Source: a virus
Taxonomy: Duplodnaviria > Heunggongvirae > Uroviricota > Caudoviricetes
Strand: one strand, 5' to 3'
Length of the DNA stretch: 64,000 bases
IMG/VR virus record: IMGVR_UViG_3300021399_000116
Location: 40,796-104,795 of that record
The translations under genes were made by a program, and so were the position numbers. Position 1 is the first letter of the stretch, and every line of letters begins with the position of its first letter. The notes below the pieces were generated by a model that made no database searches, was not told where the DNA came from, and saw nothing but the letters and a program-made list of their open reading frames with translations. Positions 36,915 through 46,817 of this stretch are shown here, in pieces.

Positions 36915-38903
36915 ATGGCAAATAGATTTGGAAGAAGAAATAAAAAAGAAGATATAAAACCTGAAAATACTTCTCATACAGCTGAGTATTTATTAGAAAG
37001 TGACCAATCAGCTACAATTAATGGTCATCAAGCTTATAATTTCTTACAAGGTATAAGAAGTGTAGATGGCAATTACATAAACAATGATTTACTAATGGAT
37101 AAGATGTGTCAGGATTCAGTCATATCTGCAGCTTTAGATATATGGACAGAAGATGCTCTTCAAAAAGACCCTTTTACTGGTGAAATGTTTATTGTAGATG
37201 TAGATACAGTAGAAGATGACCCTGTAGCTAAAAAACTTTCAGATGGTTTATCTAAAAGACTAAATCATTTATTGAAGAAAGATTTAAGAGCAGAAAAATA
37301 TCTAGCTACTTGGTGTAAAAGAGTGTTAAAGTATGGTAATTGTTATTTAAAATTAGATTTTGCAGATAAGTTAACTGATGAAAAACTTAAACTTAAAGAA
37401 TCTGTATCTGATAAAGAAAGATTTGAAAAAATAGCTATTAAAACTATAGCTATGATGACTAACAATGAAGATTCTAAATTAGATTATGCTTTTGATAATC
37501 CTCAAAAAATGTTGCCTAAAGGGAAACTAAATGAAGCATATAAAGTAGATTATGAGTCTATGATGAGAAATAATATAAGTGTACCTAAAGAAGAAAAATT
37601 TACAACTGAAGTACTAAAAGAAGATGTTTTAACTAGTAAACAGGAAGAAAAGACAGTTAGAGGTAGATGGTATACTGAAATTTTAGGACATGGAACTAAT
37701 ATTTATGAATTATCTAGTAAACAGAAAGTAGTTGCTTACATAGATAGAGATGCTCCTAATAAATTTATAAAACCTGACAATATAATAAATTTTGCTAATA
37801 ATACAGGAAAACATAGAGTATCTTTTGAAGTTGGAGATGTATCTGATAAAGTAAATCAAAAAGAGTATTATTCTTTAGAAAGAGGAGAAGGTTTCTTAGA
37901 AAATGCTATGGTTGCGTGGCAAGTTCTTTCAGCCTTAGAAGATATTTTATTACTTACTAGAATGACTCGTTCTATACTATACAGAATATTTTCTATAGAG
38001 GTAGGTAACAAAGGAAATAAAGAAACAGCTCAGATTCTAGATAGATTAAAAAATAGATTAAAAATGGAAGAAACTATAGATATAAGAAGTAGAATATATA
38101 ATAGTACTTTAACTCAAGTTCCTTTAGCTGATTCAGTATTTATTCCAACACATAATGGTGTAGGTGTAACTGATGTTAAAACTGTTGGAGGAGATGTAAA
38201 TCTTAGAGATGCTATAGATTTAGACTATTTTAGAGACAAATTACATTCAGCTTTAAGAATCCCAGCTCCATACCTATCATACACAGAATCTTTACCTGGA
38301 GGAATAGGAGATAGTTCTTTAACTAGAATGGACATTAGATATTCTAGAACAGTTGCTAGAATTAAAGCAATTTTAGCAGAAGGACTAAAAGATATTTGTA
38401 TAAGATATTTACAGTTAACTATAGGAGATAGAGCTTTCGAAGAATTACCTGATTTTAGAATTAAGTTTGCTAGCACTAACTCAGCAGAAGATATATCTAG
38501 AGCTAATTTACAACAAACTTTTATGGAGACATTACAAAAGTCTTTAAACACATTGAAAGAATTAGGTATAGATATAGCTACAAATCCAGAAGGATATAAG
38601 AAGACTAGAGAAACTTTAATTAATGAATATTTTGGTAATACTTTAGCTGAAGCTATAAAAGCAGATGAAAGACTTACTTCAGTAACAGCTCCTACAGAGT
38701 TAGCAAATGATAAAACTGGAGGAAATAGTGGACCTTCTGATATGGGACCAGACACAGAGATAAACATAGACAGTGGACCTAGCGGAATGGGACCAGAAGC
38801 TCCAGAAGAAGGAGAAATACCTGAAGAAGATTTAGATAATGTAGAAGTAGGACCAGAGACTGGACCAGCTCCAGACACAGAAACAACTAATGAATTATCT
38901 TAG
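36915..38903 (+). CDS. Putative portal protein
   Basis: 662 aa ORF immediately downstream of terL, with an acidic Gly/Pro-repeat C-terminal tail. Called from synteny and size only. Confidence 0.5.
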   Translation: MANRFGRRNKKEDIKPENTSHTAEYLLESDQSATINGHQAYNFLQGIRSVDGNYINNDLLMDKMCQDSVISAALDIWTEDALQKDPFTGEMFIVDVDTVEDDPVAKKLSDGLSKRLNHLLKKDLRAEKYLATWCKRVLKYGNCYLKLDFADKLTDEKLKLKESVSDKERFEKIAIKTIAMMTNNEDSKLDYAFDNPQKMLPKGKLNEAYKVDYESMMRNNISVPKEEKFTTEVLKEDVLTSKQEEKTVRGRWYTEILGHGTNIYELSSKQKVVAYIDRDAPNKFIKPDNIINFANNTGKHRVSFEVGDVSDKVNQKEYYSLERGEGFLENAMVAWQVLSALEDILLLTRMTRSILYRIFSIEVGNKGNKETAQILDRLKNRLKMEETIDIRSRIYNSTLTQVPLADSVFIPTHNGVGVTDVKTVGGDVNLRDAIDLDYFRDKLHSALRIPAPYLSYTESLPGGIGDSSLTRMDIRYSRTVARIKAILAEGLKDICIRYLQLTIGDRAFEELPDFRIKFASTNSAEDISRANLQQTFMETLQKSLNTLKELGIDIATNPEGYKKTRETLINEYFGNTLAEAIKADERLTSVTAPTELANDKTGGNSGPSDMGPDTEINIDSGPSGMGPEAPEEGEIPEEDLDNVEVGPETGPAPDTETTNELS

Positions 38904-38914
38904 GAGGATAGCTT

Positions 38915-39124
38915 ATGGATATTCCAAGTTATGAAGAAACTTTATGTCCATGCTGTAAAAATAGAGAAATTTGTAATCATAATAAGTATACAGAAAAAAT
39001 TAGACATACTACAGATTTTACAGGAGACATGAAAGTGTCTAAGTGTAAATACTATGTATATAATAAGGAGAGACAAAATGAAATTAATAGAAGAGAAAGT
39101 ATTTTCTTTATTGGACAAGACTGA
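38915..39124 (+). CDS. Small Cys-rich hypothetical protein
   Basis: 69 aa with CPCCKNREICNH, possibly zinc-binding. Confidence 0.3.
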   Translation: MDIPSYEETLCPCCKNREICNHNKYTEKIRHTTDFTGDMKVSKCKYYVYNKERQNEINRRESIFFIGQD

Positions 39125-39929
39125 AAGAGAGACTCCTAAATTAGCAGGTAGAGCAGATTTTATCTATCCTAAATATATAGGACTAAGTAAGAAAGGAATT
39201 TTTCATTTTAAAACTAATTCTCAGAGTAGACCAGGATATTCTTGGTATCAAACTATAGAGATTAAAAATATGAGAACTTTAGCTCTTACTACAGATGAAA
39301 TTACTGCTGATACAATAAAGAGATGGTTTGAAATAGCAGATGTAAATATATATTGTTCTGATGAATCATATTTGTATTACGCATTTCAATATATGGGAAC
39401 TCAAAGAGATTACAATGACCCAGAACAACCAGAAACTAGAGCTCCTAAAAGAAACAATACTAAATTAGCAGGTGGTCTTTGTAAACACTTAGTTTCTATA
39501 ATAGAACACTTGCAAATAGGTGAGTTTTATGAACAAATGGCAAAAGATGTTAATAACTGGAAACAGTACACATTAGGAAATGCATATAGGTCATTTAATA
39601 GAGGAAGAAATATGGGACAATATAACAAAAGAGAGAAAGAAATTGACTGGAAGAAGATTGATAGCTTTGTTGATGAGGCTCTTTGGGCAAGACATAATTT
39701 TGCTCAGTTCTTACGTTCAAACAATATAAAGAAAGATATGTATGCGGAGATAAATAGACTACAACAAGCTGGAGAAGATATGACTCTAGATGATTTCTTA
39801 GAAGATGAGTTCGGACTTACTCTTCAAGATTTAGCATCAGAAATAGGGGTAGAAGAAAAAGCTTTAGATGATTATTTTAAACAAACATACGGATTAACAA
39901 ATACACAGGGTATAGGAAATTTAAGTTAA
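39078..39929 (+). CDS. Hypothetical head-module protein
   Basis: The track begins at 39054, but RBS AAGGAGAG precedes the ATG at 39078. Confidence 0.4.
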   Translation: MKLIEEKVFSLLDKTERETPKLAGRADFIYPKYIGLSKKGIFHFKTNSQSRPGYSWYQTIEIKNMRTLALTTDEITADTIKRWFEIADVNIYCSDESYLYYAFQYMGTQRDYNDPEQPETRAPKRNNTKLAGGLCKHLVSIIEHLQIGEFYEQMAKDVNNWKQYTLGNAYRSFNRGRNMGQYNKREKEIDWKKIDSFVDEALWARHNFAQFLRSNNIKKDMYAEINRLQQAGEDMTLDDFLEDEFGLTLQDLASEIGVEEKALDDYFKQTYGLTNTQGIGNLS

Positions 39930-39944
39930 AGGAGGTAGACATAA

Positions 39945-40859
39945 ATGCCATTATTTACTAATTATGGAAAACCTAAAGGACTTATAGTAAATTTCATGAA
40001 AGATATAGAACAAAGATATATACCAGCTCTCAACCAGCAGCTAGATACAAATATAAATAACTATCCATCTCTTACTAGAGAGACTTATGCGGTATATCAA
40101 GATGAAGAACAAGGAGTGTCAATAGAAATATCTAGTAATCATAGAGATATAGAAAATAGAGGAGACTTATTCGTAGCTGTATCTTATGATGGAATGAAAG
40201 AAGATGCTGGTATAATAGATTTAGACAATTTACAAGATGCTGTAAATATCACTCAATATTCTCTTCAAGAATTAGGCTTTAAAACACCTGAAGATAAGAA
40301 AAATGATGAAGCTGATGCAGAAGCTAAAGCAATGCAAGATAAAATAAACAAAGACTTAGAGGATAGAAAGAAAGCTGAAAGAAGAGATGAAATACTAAGA
40401 CAAGCAGAAGAAAGAAATCGAGGGACAGAAAACCAGTCTGACATAGAGACAGAACCTGAAGAAGACAATTATGAAGAAGAAAAAGATGAGTATGTTTCAG
40501 AGTTAAACAAAAAACTAACTTTTTTAAGTAAAGAAGCAGAAGGTGCTGTTGCAGAATTAGAATGGCTTACTCTTCCTGATAATATTCAAGGAAATTCTGC
40601 TGAATTTATACATATAGAGATGAATTTTACTCATGTGTCTGGTGAAAACTTTTTAATAGAAACTAAAAGAATAAATCCTAAAATACAGACTATTTGTAAT
40701 ATTCAAGATTGTATTGGATATGCAAATAAAGTGTCTGACAAACTTAAAGTAACTCCAACTATTATAATGAAGGATGAAAGAGGAAGAGATTTAGAACTTC
40801 CTAAGAATATGAAGGAACCTGAGGATGACTCAGATGATGATTTTTCAATTAATATATAA
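39945..40859 (+). CDS. Hypothetical acidic coiled-coil protein (scaffold-like?)
   Basis: 304 aa with RBS AAGGAGGT. The central region EADAEAKAMQDKINKDLEDRKKAERRDEILRQAEERN is charged and helical. Confidence 0.4.
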   Translation: MPLFTNYGKPKGLIVNFMKDIEQRYIPALNQQLDTNINNYPSLTRETYAVYQDEEQGVSIEISSNHRDIENRGDLFVAVSYDGMKEDAGIIDLDNLQDAVNITQYSLQELGFKTPEDKKNDEADAEAKAMQDKINKDLEDRKKAERRDEILRQAEERNRGTENQSDIETEPEEDNYEEEKDEYVSELNKKLTFLSKEAEGAVAELEWLTLPDNIQGNSAEFIHIEMNFTHVSGENFLIETKRINPKIQTICNIQDCIGYANKVSDKLKVTPTIIMKDERGRDLELPKNMKEPEDDSDDDFSINI

Positions 40860-41024
40860 AATTTATTGTTTACTATTTAAAAGTGTCTTAGAATTTACTC
40901 TGAAAAATAGAAAGTAGGTGTAAAAGATTGAATAACATAGAAATTTATAAGCGGATTTCAAAACATAGCAGATAGAACTTTTCAAGAGTTCAGAAGAAAA
41001 ATATATGATTATTTAAAATATACT

Positions 41025-41891
41025 TTGTCAACTGTTATGACTGAAGACGACTTAGATGTAGTTGTAAAGCTGATAACTGAGATTTTCGGTGATTTATACA
41101 TGAGAACAGGATTAATGCCTTGGCAAATAGATACAGCCAAGTGTCCAGAATCTCAACTAGAAGCTCTTAGTTATTTGATAGGGTATGATTGGAATCCTAA
41201 TTTAACCGCAGACCAACAAAGAATGGGAATAGACTTATATTGTTTAATTAGAAGAAATAGAGGTACTATTTTTGGACTAGAGAATTTAATTAGAACTTTC
41301 GGACAAACAGTGAAAGAATTTTATTCTAGTTCAGATTTAAGAGGTGTAGAAGTAATAGAGTATGGTTCTGGCGGTCCAGAGACTTTAGAGCCTAATATGT
41401 TTCCTGGAGATATAATAGTTAGAGCTCCAGATTTCTCTAGTATACTTAGAGATAGTATTTTCGATACTAAATTAGCTGGCACAAGATTATTCTTTGAGTA
41501 TTATATTTTCTTAGGAATATTTCATTTATCTATTACTACAGATTTTGGATGGGTAATAAGAATAACACCTGACATGTTAATACAAGGTTATGACCCTACA
41601 ATAGATGAATTTGCAGCGGGTTGGAATGTAACTTTAGGGCAATTACTGGAGCATCAACTAACTCATGGAATTAGAGGAAATATTGCTAATAGTGTAACTA
41701 AAGTTGGACATAATCAAAACTCATTGCATGGAGAACATCATGGAAATTTAGTAGCTGGAATACAAGTATTAACTTACTATAAAGCTCCGTGGGTAAATGG
41801 ATTTATTCTAAATGTTCCAGGGCTTACTAATTATAGAGGATTTGTACAACCTACAGAACATATTGAAACTGAAGAAATACTTTACAAATAA
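41025..41891 (+). CDS. Hypothetical structural-module protein
   Basis: 288 aa. The start is uncertain: TTG at 41025 or ATG at 41037. Confidence 0.4.
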   Translation: MSTVMTEDDLDVVVKLITEIFGDLYMRTGLMPWQIDTAKCPESQLEALSYLIGYDWNPNLTADQQRMGIDLYCLIRRNRGTIFGLENLIRTFGQTVKEFYSSSDLRGVEVIEYGSGGPETLEPNMFPGDIIVRAPDFSSILRDSIFDTKLAGTRLFFEYYIFLGIFHLSITTDFGWVIRITPDMLIQGYDPTIDEFAAGWNVTLGQLLEHQLTHGIRGNIANSVTKVGHNQNSLHGEHHGNLVAGIQVLTYYKAPWVNGFILNVPGLTNYRGFVQPTEHIETEEILYK

Positions 41892-41918
41892 ATTACTAGT
41901 ATAAATTTTAAAAAACTA

Positions 41919-41947
41919 TTTACAAACTTAAAATAATATGATATAAT
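41919..41947 (+). promoter_or_regulatory. Sigma-A-type promoter (TTTACA-N17-TGaTATAAT), near-duplicate of 32824-32852
   Basis: TTTACA at 41919-41924, a 17-nt spacer, then TGATATAAT at 41939-41947. The flanking sequence CTATTTACAAA.TTAAAATAATATG is shared with the 32821 copy. Confidence 0.5.
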
Positions 41948-41977
41948 TATAATAAGAACGAGGTTATTTTAAAGGAG

Positions 41978-42178
41978 GTGAAAAACATGGATGATAAAAT
42001 TAGAGAATATATTTCAAATGAAATAATAAACATAATGAACACATATAAAGATACAGACGTATCTTGGTCACACCTTTTAGAATTAATACATGAAGTAGTT
42101 ACTGATTATGAAAATGCAACATCTCCTACAGTACCATCAGACATTAAATCATTTTTAAATAATTGGACTACAGACTAA
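41978..42178 (+). CDS. Hypothetical protein
   Basis: 66 aa with RBS AAGGAGGTG. Confidence 0.35.
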   Translation: MKNMDDKIREYISNEIINIMNTYKDTDVSWSHLLELIHEVVTDYENATSPTVPSDIKSFLNNWTTD

Positions 42179-42274
42179 TAATAGAATTTTAAAAATTTTT
42201 TAAAAGAGTAGAGTAAAATCTACTCTTTTACATAGTATAAATATAGAAATTTTATAGAAAGAAGGTAGAAATTT

Positions 42275-42820
42275 ATGGAAGAAAATTTAGATGTAAAACT
42301 TACAGGTTTTAATGGAGAAGAAGTATCTAAAGAGGAGTTTGTAGACCAGGTAGTAAATGCTATAAAAGAAGATATGGCTCCATCAGATAGAGAAACTCTA
42401 GAAGCAATTCCTTTAGTGGAAATAGACAATACAGAACAAGATATTACTGATACTTTATTAGAGAAATATACTGAGTTAGACTTAGAAATATCTAAAGTAG
42501 TTTTAGAACAAGAACAATATAGAAAAGAACATAAAGAAGTCTTTGATAAAATGAAAGAGTATGAAGACAAGATTGCAAAAATAGAGCAACAACAAGAAGC
42601 TGTTAAAGGTGACTTAAAGACTAAAATGAGAGAATTGAATAAGAAAGAAATAATAGGCATAAGATTTACAGCAAAATACACAGCTCCATATACTAGAAAG
42701 AAATTTGATACAGACCAATTTTATAAAGATTATGCAGAAGATACAGCTATGTATAAGAAATATGTAAGTACTACTAATGTATCTGAAAGTATTAAAATTT
42801 CTGAGACTAAGAAGAAATAG
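42275..42820 (+). CDS. Hypothetical acidic protein
   Basis: 181 aa. Confidence 0.4.
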   Translation: MEENLDVKLTGFNGEEVSKEEFVDQVVNAIKEDMAPSDRETLEAIPLVEIDNTEQDITDTLLEKYTELDLEISKVVLEQEQYRKEHKEVFDKMKEYEDKIAKIEQQQEAVKGDLKTKMRELNKKEIIGIRFTAKYTAPYTRKKFDTDQFYKDYAEDTAMYKKYVSTTNVSESIKISETKKK

Positions 42821-42829
42821 GAGGATTTT

Positions 42830-43219
42830 ATGAAGAAGATAGTTACAGATAATACTACAATTTTTGTAAATCATATTAAATTTATACGAATTATGGAAGC
42901 TGGAGTAAGTCAAACTAAAGAGAAAAGATATACAGTAACAGCAGTTTTAGAAGATTGTACTGATATAGATATTGATAATATAAATTGCATAATATTAAAT
43001 TATGATGAAAACGGAGAGTTACAGAAAACTAGAGAAGAAGCTCAATTATTTAAAGATTTTTTAGAAAGAAAACTAGATAATCAATGGGAGACTATATTTA
43101 CTTTAGATGTATTAAAAGAAGTAAATGACTATATAAACTATAGTAAACAAGAGCATAAATCTACGATGGTAGATATTAGTAAATTAAAATTAAATGAAAA
43201 AGGAGAAGTTGTACGATGA
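42830..43219 (+). CDS. Hypothetical protein
   Basis: 129 aa with RBS AGGAGGA. Confidence 0.4.
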   Translation: MKKIVTDNTTIFVNHIKFIRIMEAGVSQTKEKRYTVTAVLEDCTDIDIDNINCIILNYDENGELQKTREEAQLFKDFLERKLDNQWETIFTLDVLKEVNDYINYSKQEHKSTMVDISKLKLNEKGEVVR

Positions 43220-44589
43220 AGATTTTATCAGAAAGAGACCCTTTAGAAGTATTTTCAGAAGCTTCTAAAATATTAAACAATGCAGTAGAGCATACTTTAG
43301 GTCCGGATGGAACTAATACTGCAGTTCACTTTCAAAATTTTTACAACATAATAAACGATGGAAAATCTATAGTAGAGCAATTAACATCTTTAGACCCAGA
43401 AATAGCTCCTGCTATGGAAACTTTAAAGCAATCAGCTTTTGAAACTAATAGAAAAGCAGGAGATGGAACTACAAGTACTATAATTATAATGAACCAACTA
43501 ATACAAGGAGCTAAAAAATACTTAGAAGAAAATCCTAAGAAAAGTCAAGTACAAGTAGCTAAAAGAATTTTAGATGTAGAAAAAAGATTACAAGATTTAA
43601 TTCTAAAGCAAAAAATAGAGATAGATAATAAATTATATGAGAAAGTCGCTAAAGTGTCTCTAGGGTCATCCTCATATTCACAGATGCTATCAGAAGCTTT
43701 TACTTTTTTGAATGGAGAAGGAGTTCCAGCTTTAGTTAAATCAGACATACCCGGAGTAGAATTAGAAAAGATAGATGGAGTAAATCTAACTAAAACTAGT
43801 GTGGTAAGCTCAATGTTTATAGATTTATTACCTAGTAAAGAACTTAAAGATGTTCAAGTTATTACTTTATTTCAAGTAATAGATAGATTTGAAGAAATGT
43901 TTCAACTAGTAAAATTGTTAAATCAAAATAAAGAAAAATATACAGTCTTATTATATAATGAAATAAGTTCTTCAGCTTTAGAAAATTTATTGTTTAATCT
44001 TTCACAAGATAAAAGTAAGATAGTTCCTATATGTATGAAAGACTATGGAAAAGACATGAATAATATGTTAGATGAAATAGCTAAATATACTGAAACAGAG
44101 ATTATAGATGGAGGAAGCTTAAAAACTACAGATATTTCTAAGATAAAAATAGGAAAAGTAGATAAGGCTATACTTTCTCAAAATTCTTTAGTTTTAATCA
44201 AAGATGAAGTTCCAGAGTTTGAGTATAAACTTATTTCTAGAAAAGCTTGTTTGATTAGAGCAGGAGGAGCTACTAAAATAGACATGGAAGACACTTATAG
44301 AAGACTAGAAGATGCTATTTATTCTCTTGCAGGAGCTATTAAAAACGGAGCATTTTTTGGTGGCTATGGTGTACCTTATAGAAGCTTAGCAGATGATGTA
44401 GATGATGTAGATGTTCCTAAGTTTATAGTAGACTCTCTAAAGTACATAAATCTTAGTATTTTTGATGAAAATGCAGACTCAGATGCAGTAGACTCTGCTT
44501 TAGTAATTTCAGAGGTAATTCGTAATTCTTTCTTTACTGCAGCACAAGTAATTACTACAAATGCACTAATCTATGACAATATAAGATAA
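43216..44589 (+). CDS. Chaperonin Cpn60/GroEL-family homologue (short, 457 aa)
   Basis: ASKILNNAVEHTLGPDGTNTAV...DGKSIVEQL...AGDGTTSTIIIMNQLIQGAKKYL is collinear with the GroEL equatorial domain (VKVTLGPKGRNVVL...DGVTVAKEI...AGDGTTTATVLAQAI), including the GDGTT nucleotide-binding loop. Confidence 0.75.
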   Translation: MKILSERDPLEVFSEASKILNNAVEHTLGPDGTNTAVHFQNFYNIINDGKSIVEQLTSLDPEIAPAMETLKQSAFETNRKAGDGTTSTIIIMNQLIQGAKKYLEENPKKSQVQVAKRILDVEKRLQDLILKQKIEIDNKLYEKVAKVSLGSSSYSQMLSEAFTFLNGEGVPALVKSDIPGVELEKIDGVNLTKTSVVSSMFIDLLPSKELKDVQVITLFQVIDRFEEMFQLVKLLNQNKEKYTVLLYNEISSSALENLLFNLSQDKSKIVPICMKDYGKDMNNMLDEIAKYTETEIIDGGSLKTTDISKIKIGKVDKAILSQNSLVLIKDEVPEFEYKLISRKACLIRAGGATKIDMEDTYRRLEDAIYSLAGAIKNGAFFGGYGVPYRSLADDVDDVDVPKFIVDSLKYINLSIFDENADSDAVDSALVISEVIRNSFFTAAQVITTNALIYDNIR

Positions 44590-44905
44590 AAATATAAAAG
44601 TTAACTGAGACTAACCTTAAAAGGTTAGTCTTTTTTCATGTCTCTAATCCTAGTTTAAATAATTAGTTTACACTTTTATCTCAAAAAAATTTTTCATTTA
44701 GAGTCTTTTAACTTTGAATTAGTTTTTGAAAAGATTATGGAAAATTGACTATTTACAAATTCAAAATTTTGTGATATTAATAGGTTAGAAAGGAGGAAAG
44801 AGAGTATAAAATCTATATGAAACGGACTGGAGAGAAAGCTAACTTAAAGTAAATTTAACTCTCATACTTGAAGCAGCTTTAAAGAGAAATTTTGGAGGGA
44901 TTATT

Positions 44906-45793
44906 ATGAAAAAGAAGGTTATTAATACCGCTTATGACAAGTGGTTAAAAAATTTAGTTGGAGAAAGAGAGTTATTTGAAGAACTAACAGATGAAGAAGT
45001 TTATAAGATAATTTTAAAAGTATCAGAAATTAGTTTTATTCGTAATTCAGTTATAGATAATTTTTATACCTATGAAGATATAGCTAATGAAATTTTTAAA
45101 AGCTATTTAATCAGAGATTGGGAGAAAGATTTGAAAAACTTCTCTGATGTTAAAACTGAAGAATTTCCATTTTATGATGAAAAAACAGGTAAATATTTTA
45201 GTTCTTGGAGACCTAGAACAGAGAAAAAAGGTTTTGAAAGAATGAAAGCTAGAAAGATGACTATAGAGCACTTTAGTAATCTTATCTACAATGAAGTAAA
45301 GAATTATGTTGCTGGTTATATGAGAAATAAGAAGTTTAAAGAGATGGTGAGAGAAGCAATTTCTTTAGATTTAGACTCAGGGAGTGTTGATGAAGGTATT
45401 GCATTCATAGAAACAGTAGAAGATTCAAGACAAACTTTTAATAGCAATAATGTTATAAGTGAAAATACTTTAGAGAATACTTCTAAAAACTTAGAAGATA
45501 TAAACTTAGAGTATAATTATAGTATAGAAATAGATAGAGAAGTTAAAGTACTATCTTATGGAAATTTGTTAGAGTTGTATAAATATTTAGACTCTGGAAA
45601 AAGAGTAACATCAAAAGAAGTTTTAGAACATATTATATATAAAGGAAGCAAAGTTATTTCTGCAGAAAATAAAAGATTTGTAGAAGAATTTATTGCTAAC
45701 TTTAGAAAATATCTATTAGAAAACAAGATAGTTTCAGTTACAAAATACATAAATAATAGAGGAAAGGAGAAAAATAGTTATGCTTTTGAATAA
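44906..45793 (+). CDS. Hypothetical protein
   Basis: 295 aa with RBS GGAGGG. Confidence 0.4.
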   Translation: MKKKVINTAYDKWLKNLVGERELFEELTDEEVYKIILKVSEISFIRNSVIDNFYTYEDIANEIFKSYLIRDWEKDLKNFSDVKTEEFPFYDEKTGKYFSSWRPRTEKKGFERMKARKMTIEHFSNLIYNEVKNYVAGYMRNKKFKEMVREAISLDLDSGSVDEGIAFIETVEDSRQTFNSNNVISENTLENTSKNLEDINLEYNYSIEIDREVKVLSYGNLLELYKYLDSGKRVTSKEVLEHIIYKGSKVISAENKRFVEEFIANFRKYLLENKIVSVTKYINNRGKEKNSYAFE

Positions 45794-46097
45794 TTATATT
45801 AAGGTAAAAGAATTAACAGATAATATGATGGTTGATGATATGTTAGAGAAGTATGATGATACTTCTCCATACATGTTTTGTAGAATTTTAGACATAGATG
45901 CTAAAGCTTTAGAAAAATTGTCTAATGAAACAGATATACATGGTAACAAACTTGAAATTCATAAACTTTTCAATGAATCTGTCTTAGTAGTTAAAAGAGT
46001 TACTAAGATTAGAGGATTTAAGGGATTATACATTCAAGTGTCAGACATTATAGAAATAATTCCTAAAGATGAATATCAAAAATATGTTTACAAATAA
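45780..46097 (+). CDS. Hypothetical protein
   Basis: 105 aa. Confidence 0.35.
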   Translation: MLLNNYIKVKELTDNMMVDDMLEKYDDTSPYMFCRILDIDAKALEKLSNETDIHGNKLEIHKLFNESVLVVKRVTKIRGFKGLYIQVSDIIEIIPKDEYQKYVYK

Positions 46098-46130
46098 AGC
46101 ATAATATATTATATAAGGAGGTGAGAAGAG

Positions 46131-46748
46131 ATGGGAGAAGTTGTAGATTTTCAAAAGGCTAAAGAAGAAATAACAGAAAATAAAACTAATGAGAATGTAA
46201 ATACTCTAAAACAACAAATAGCAGATAACATGATGCTTCAAAAGTGTATAAAAGTAATTTCTAATATTCCACTTTATGATGTAGACCCTGAAACTAATGA
46301 AGTAGTAGATAAAGATTATGATTATCCTGCATTGTTAGAAGAGTATAAGGCAAATGTTTTAGCTAATAAAGAAAAGTTTGAATCTTTGGGTAAACCGTCA
46401 GAAGCACAGACTAGTTTTTATTATCAACTATTTCAGATGGGATATAGAACTTTTGGAGCTAAATTCTTTAAACAGATGTGTATGAATGAAGTAAACTGTG
46501 TTCAAATGTTTATTGGTATATGGAGTATTATAGCTGGATTAGAGGAGATGTCTAACGCAACTGTAGATATGGATAATGAGCTTAGAGCTTATAAATCTAT
46601 TAAATTGACTGATGAGCAAAAAGAAAAATTAGCTGAAGAATTAAAGAAAACACCTGAAGAATATATGCAAGAAATGATGCAAACTGTAGAAGAACTAGAA
46701 AAAAGTCCAGAAGCAGAACAAGCTTCTGAAGATAAAGTAGAAGAATAA
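46131..46748 (+). CDS. Hypothetical acidic protein
   Basis: 205 aa with RBS AAGGAGGTG. Confidence 0.4.
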   Translation: MGEVVDFQKAKEEITENKTNENVNTLKQQIADNMMLQKCIKVISNIPLYDVDPETNEVVDKDYDYPALLEEYKANVLANKEKFESLGKPSEAQTSFYYQLFQMGYRTFGAKFFKQMCMNEVNCVQMFIGIWSIIAGLEEMSNATVDMDNELRAYKSIKLTDEQKEKLAEELKKTPEEYMQEMMQTVEELEKSPEAEQASEDKVEE

Positions 46749-46817
46749 ACATATTATTTATTAAGAAAGCCGATAGCATAGCGATAGGCAAATTTAAAAT
46801 TTTAGGAGGAATTTAAA

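Noticed and set aside
43216-44589. Tail sheath protein (first guess from size and position in the structural module)
   Set aside because: The N-terminal 110 aa align motif-for-motif with the GroEL equatorial domain, including GDGTT. There is no sheath-like signature.
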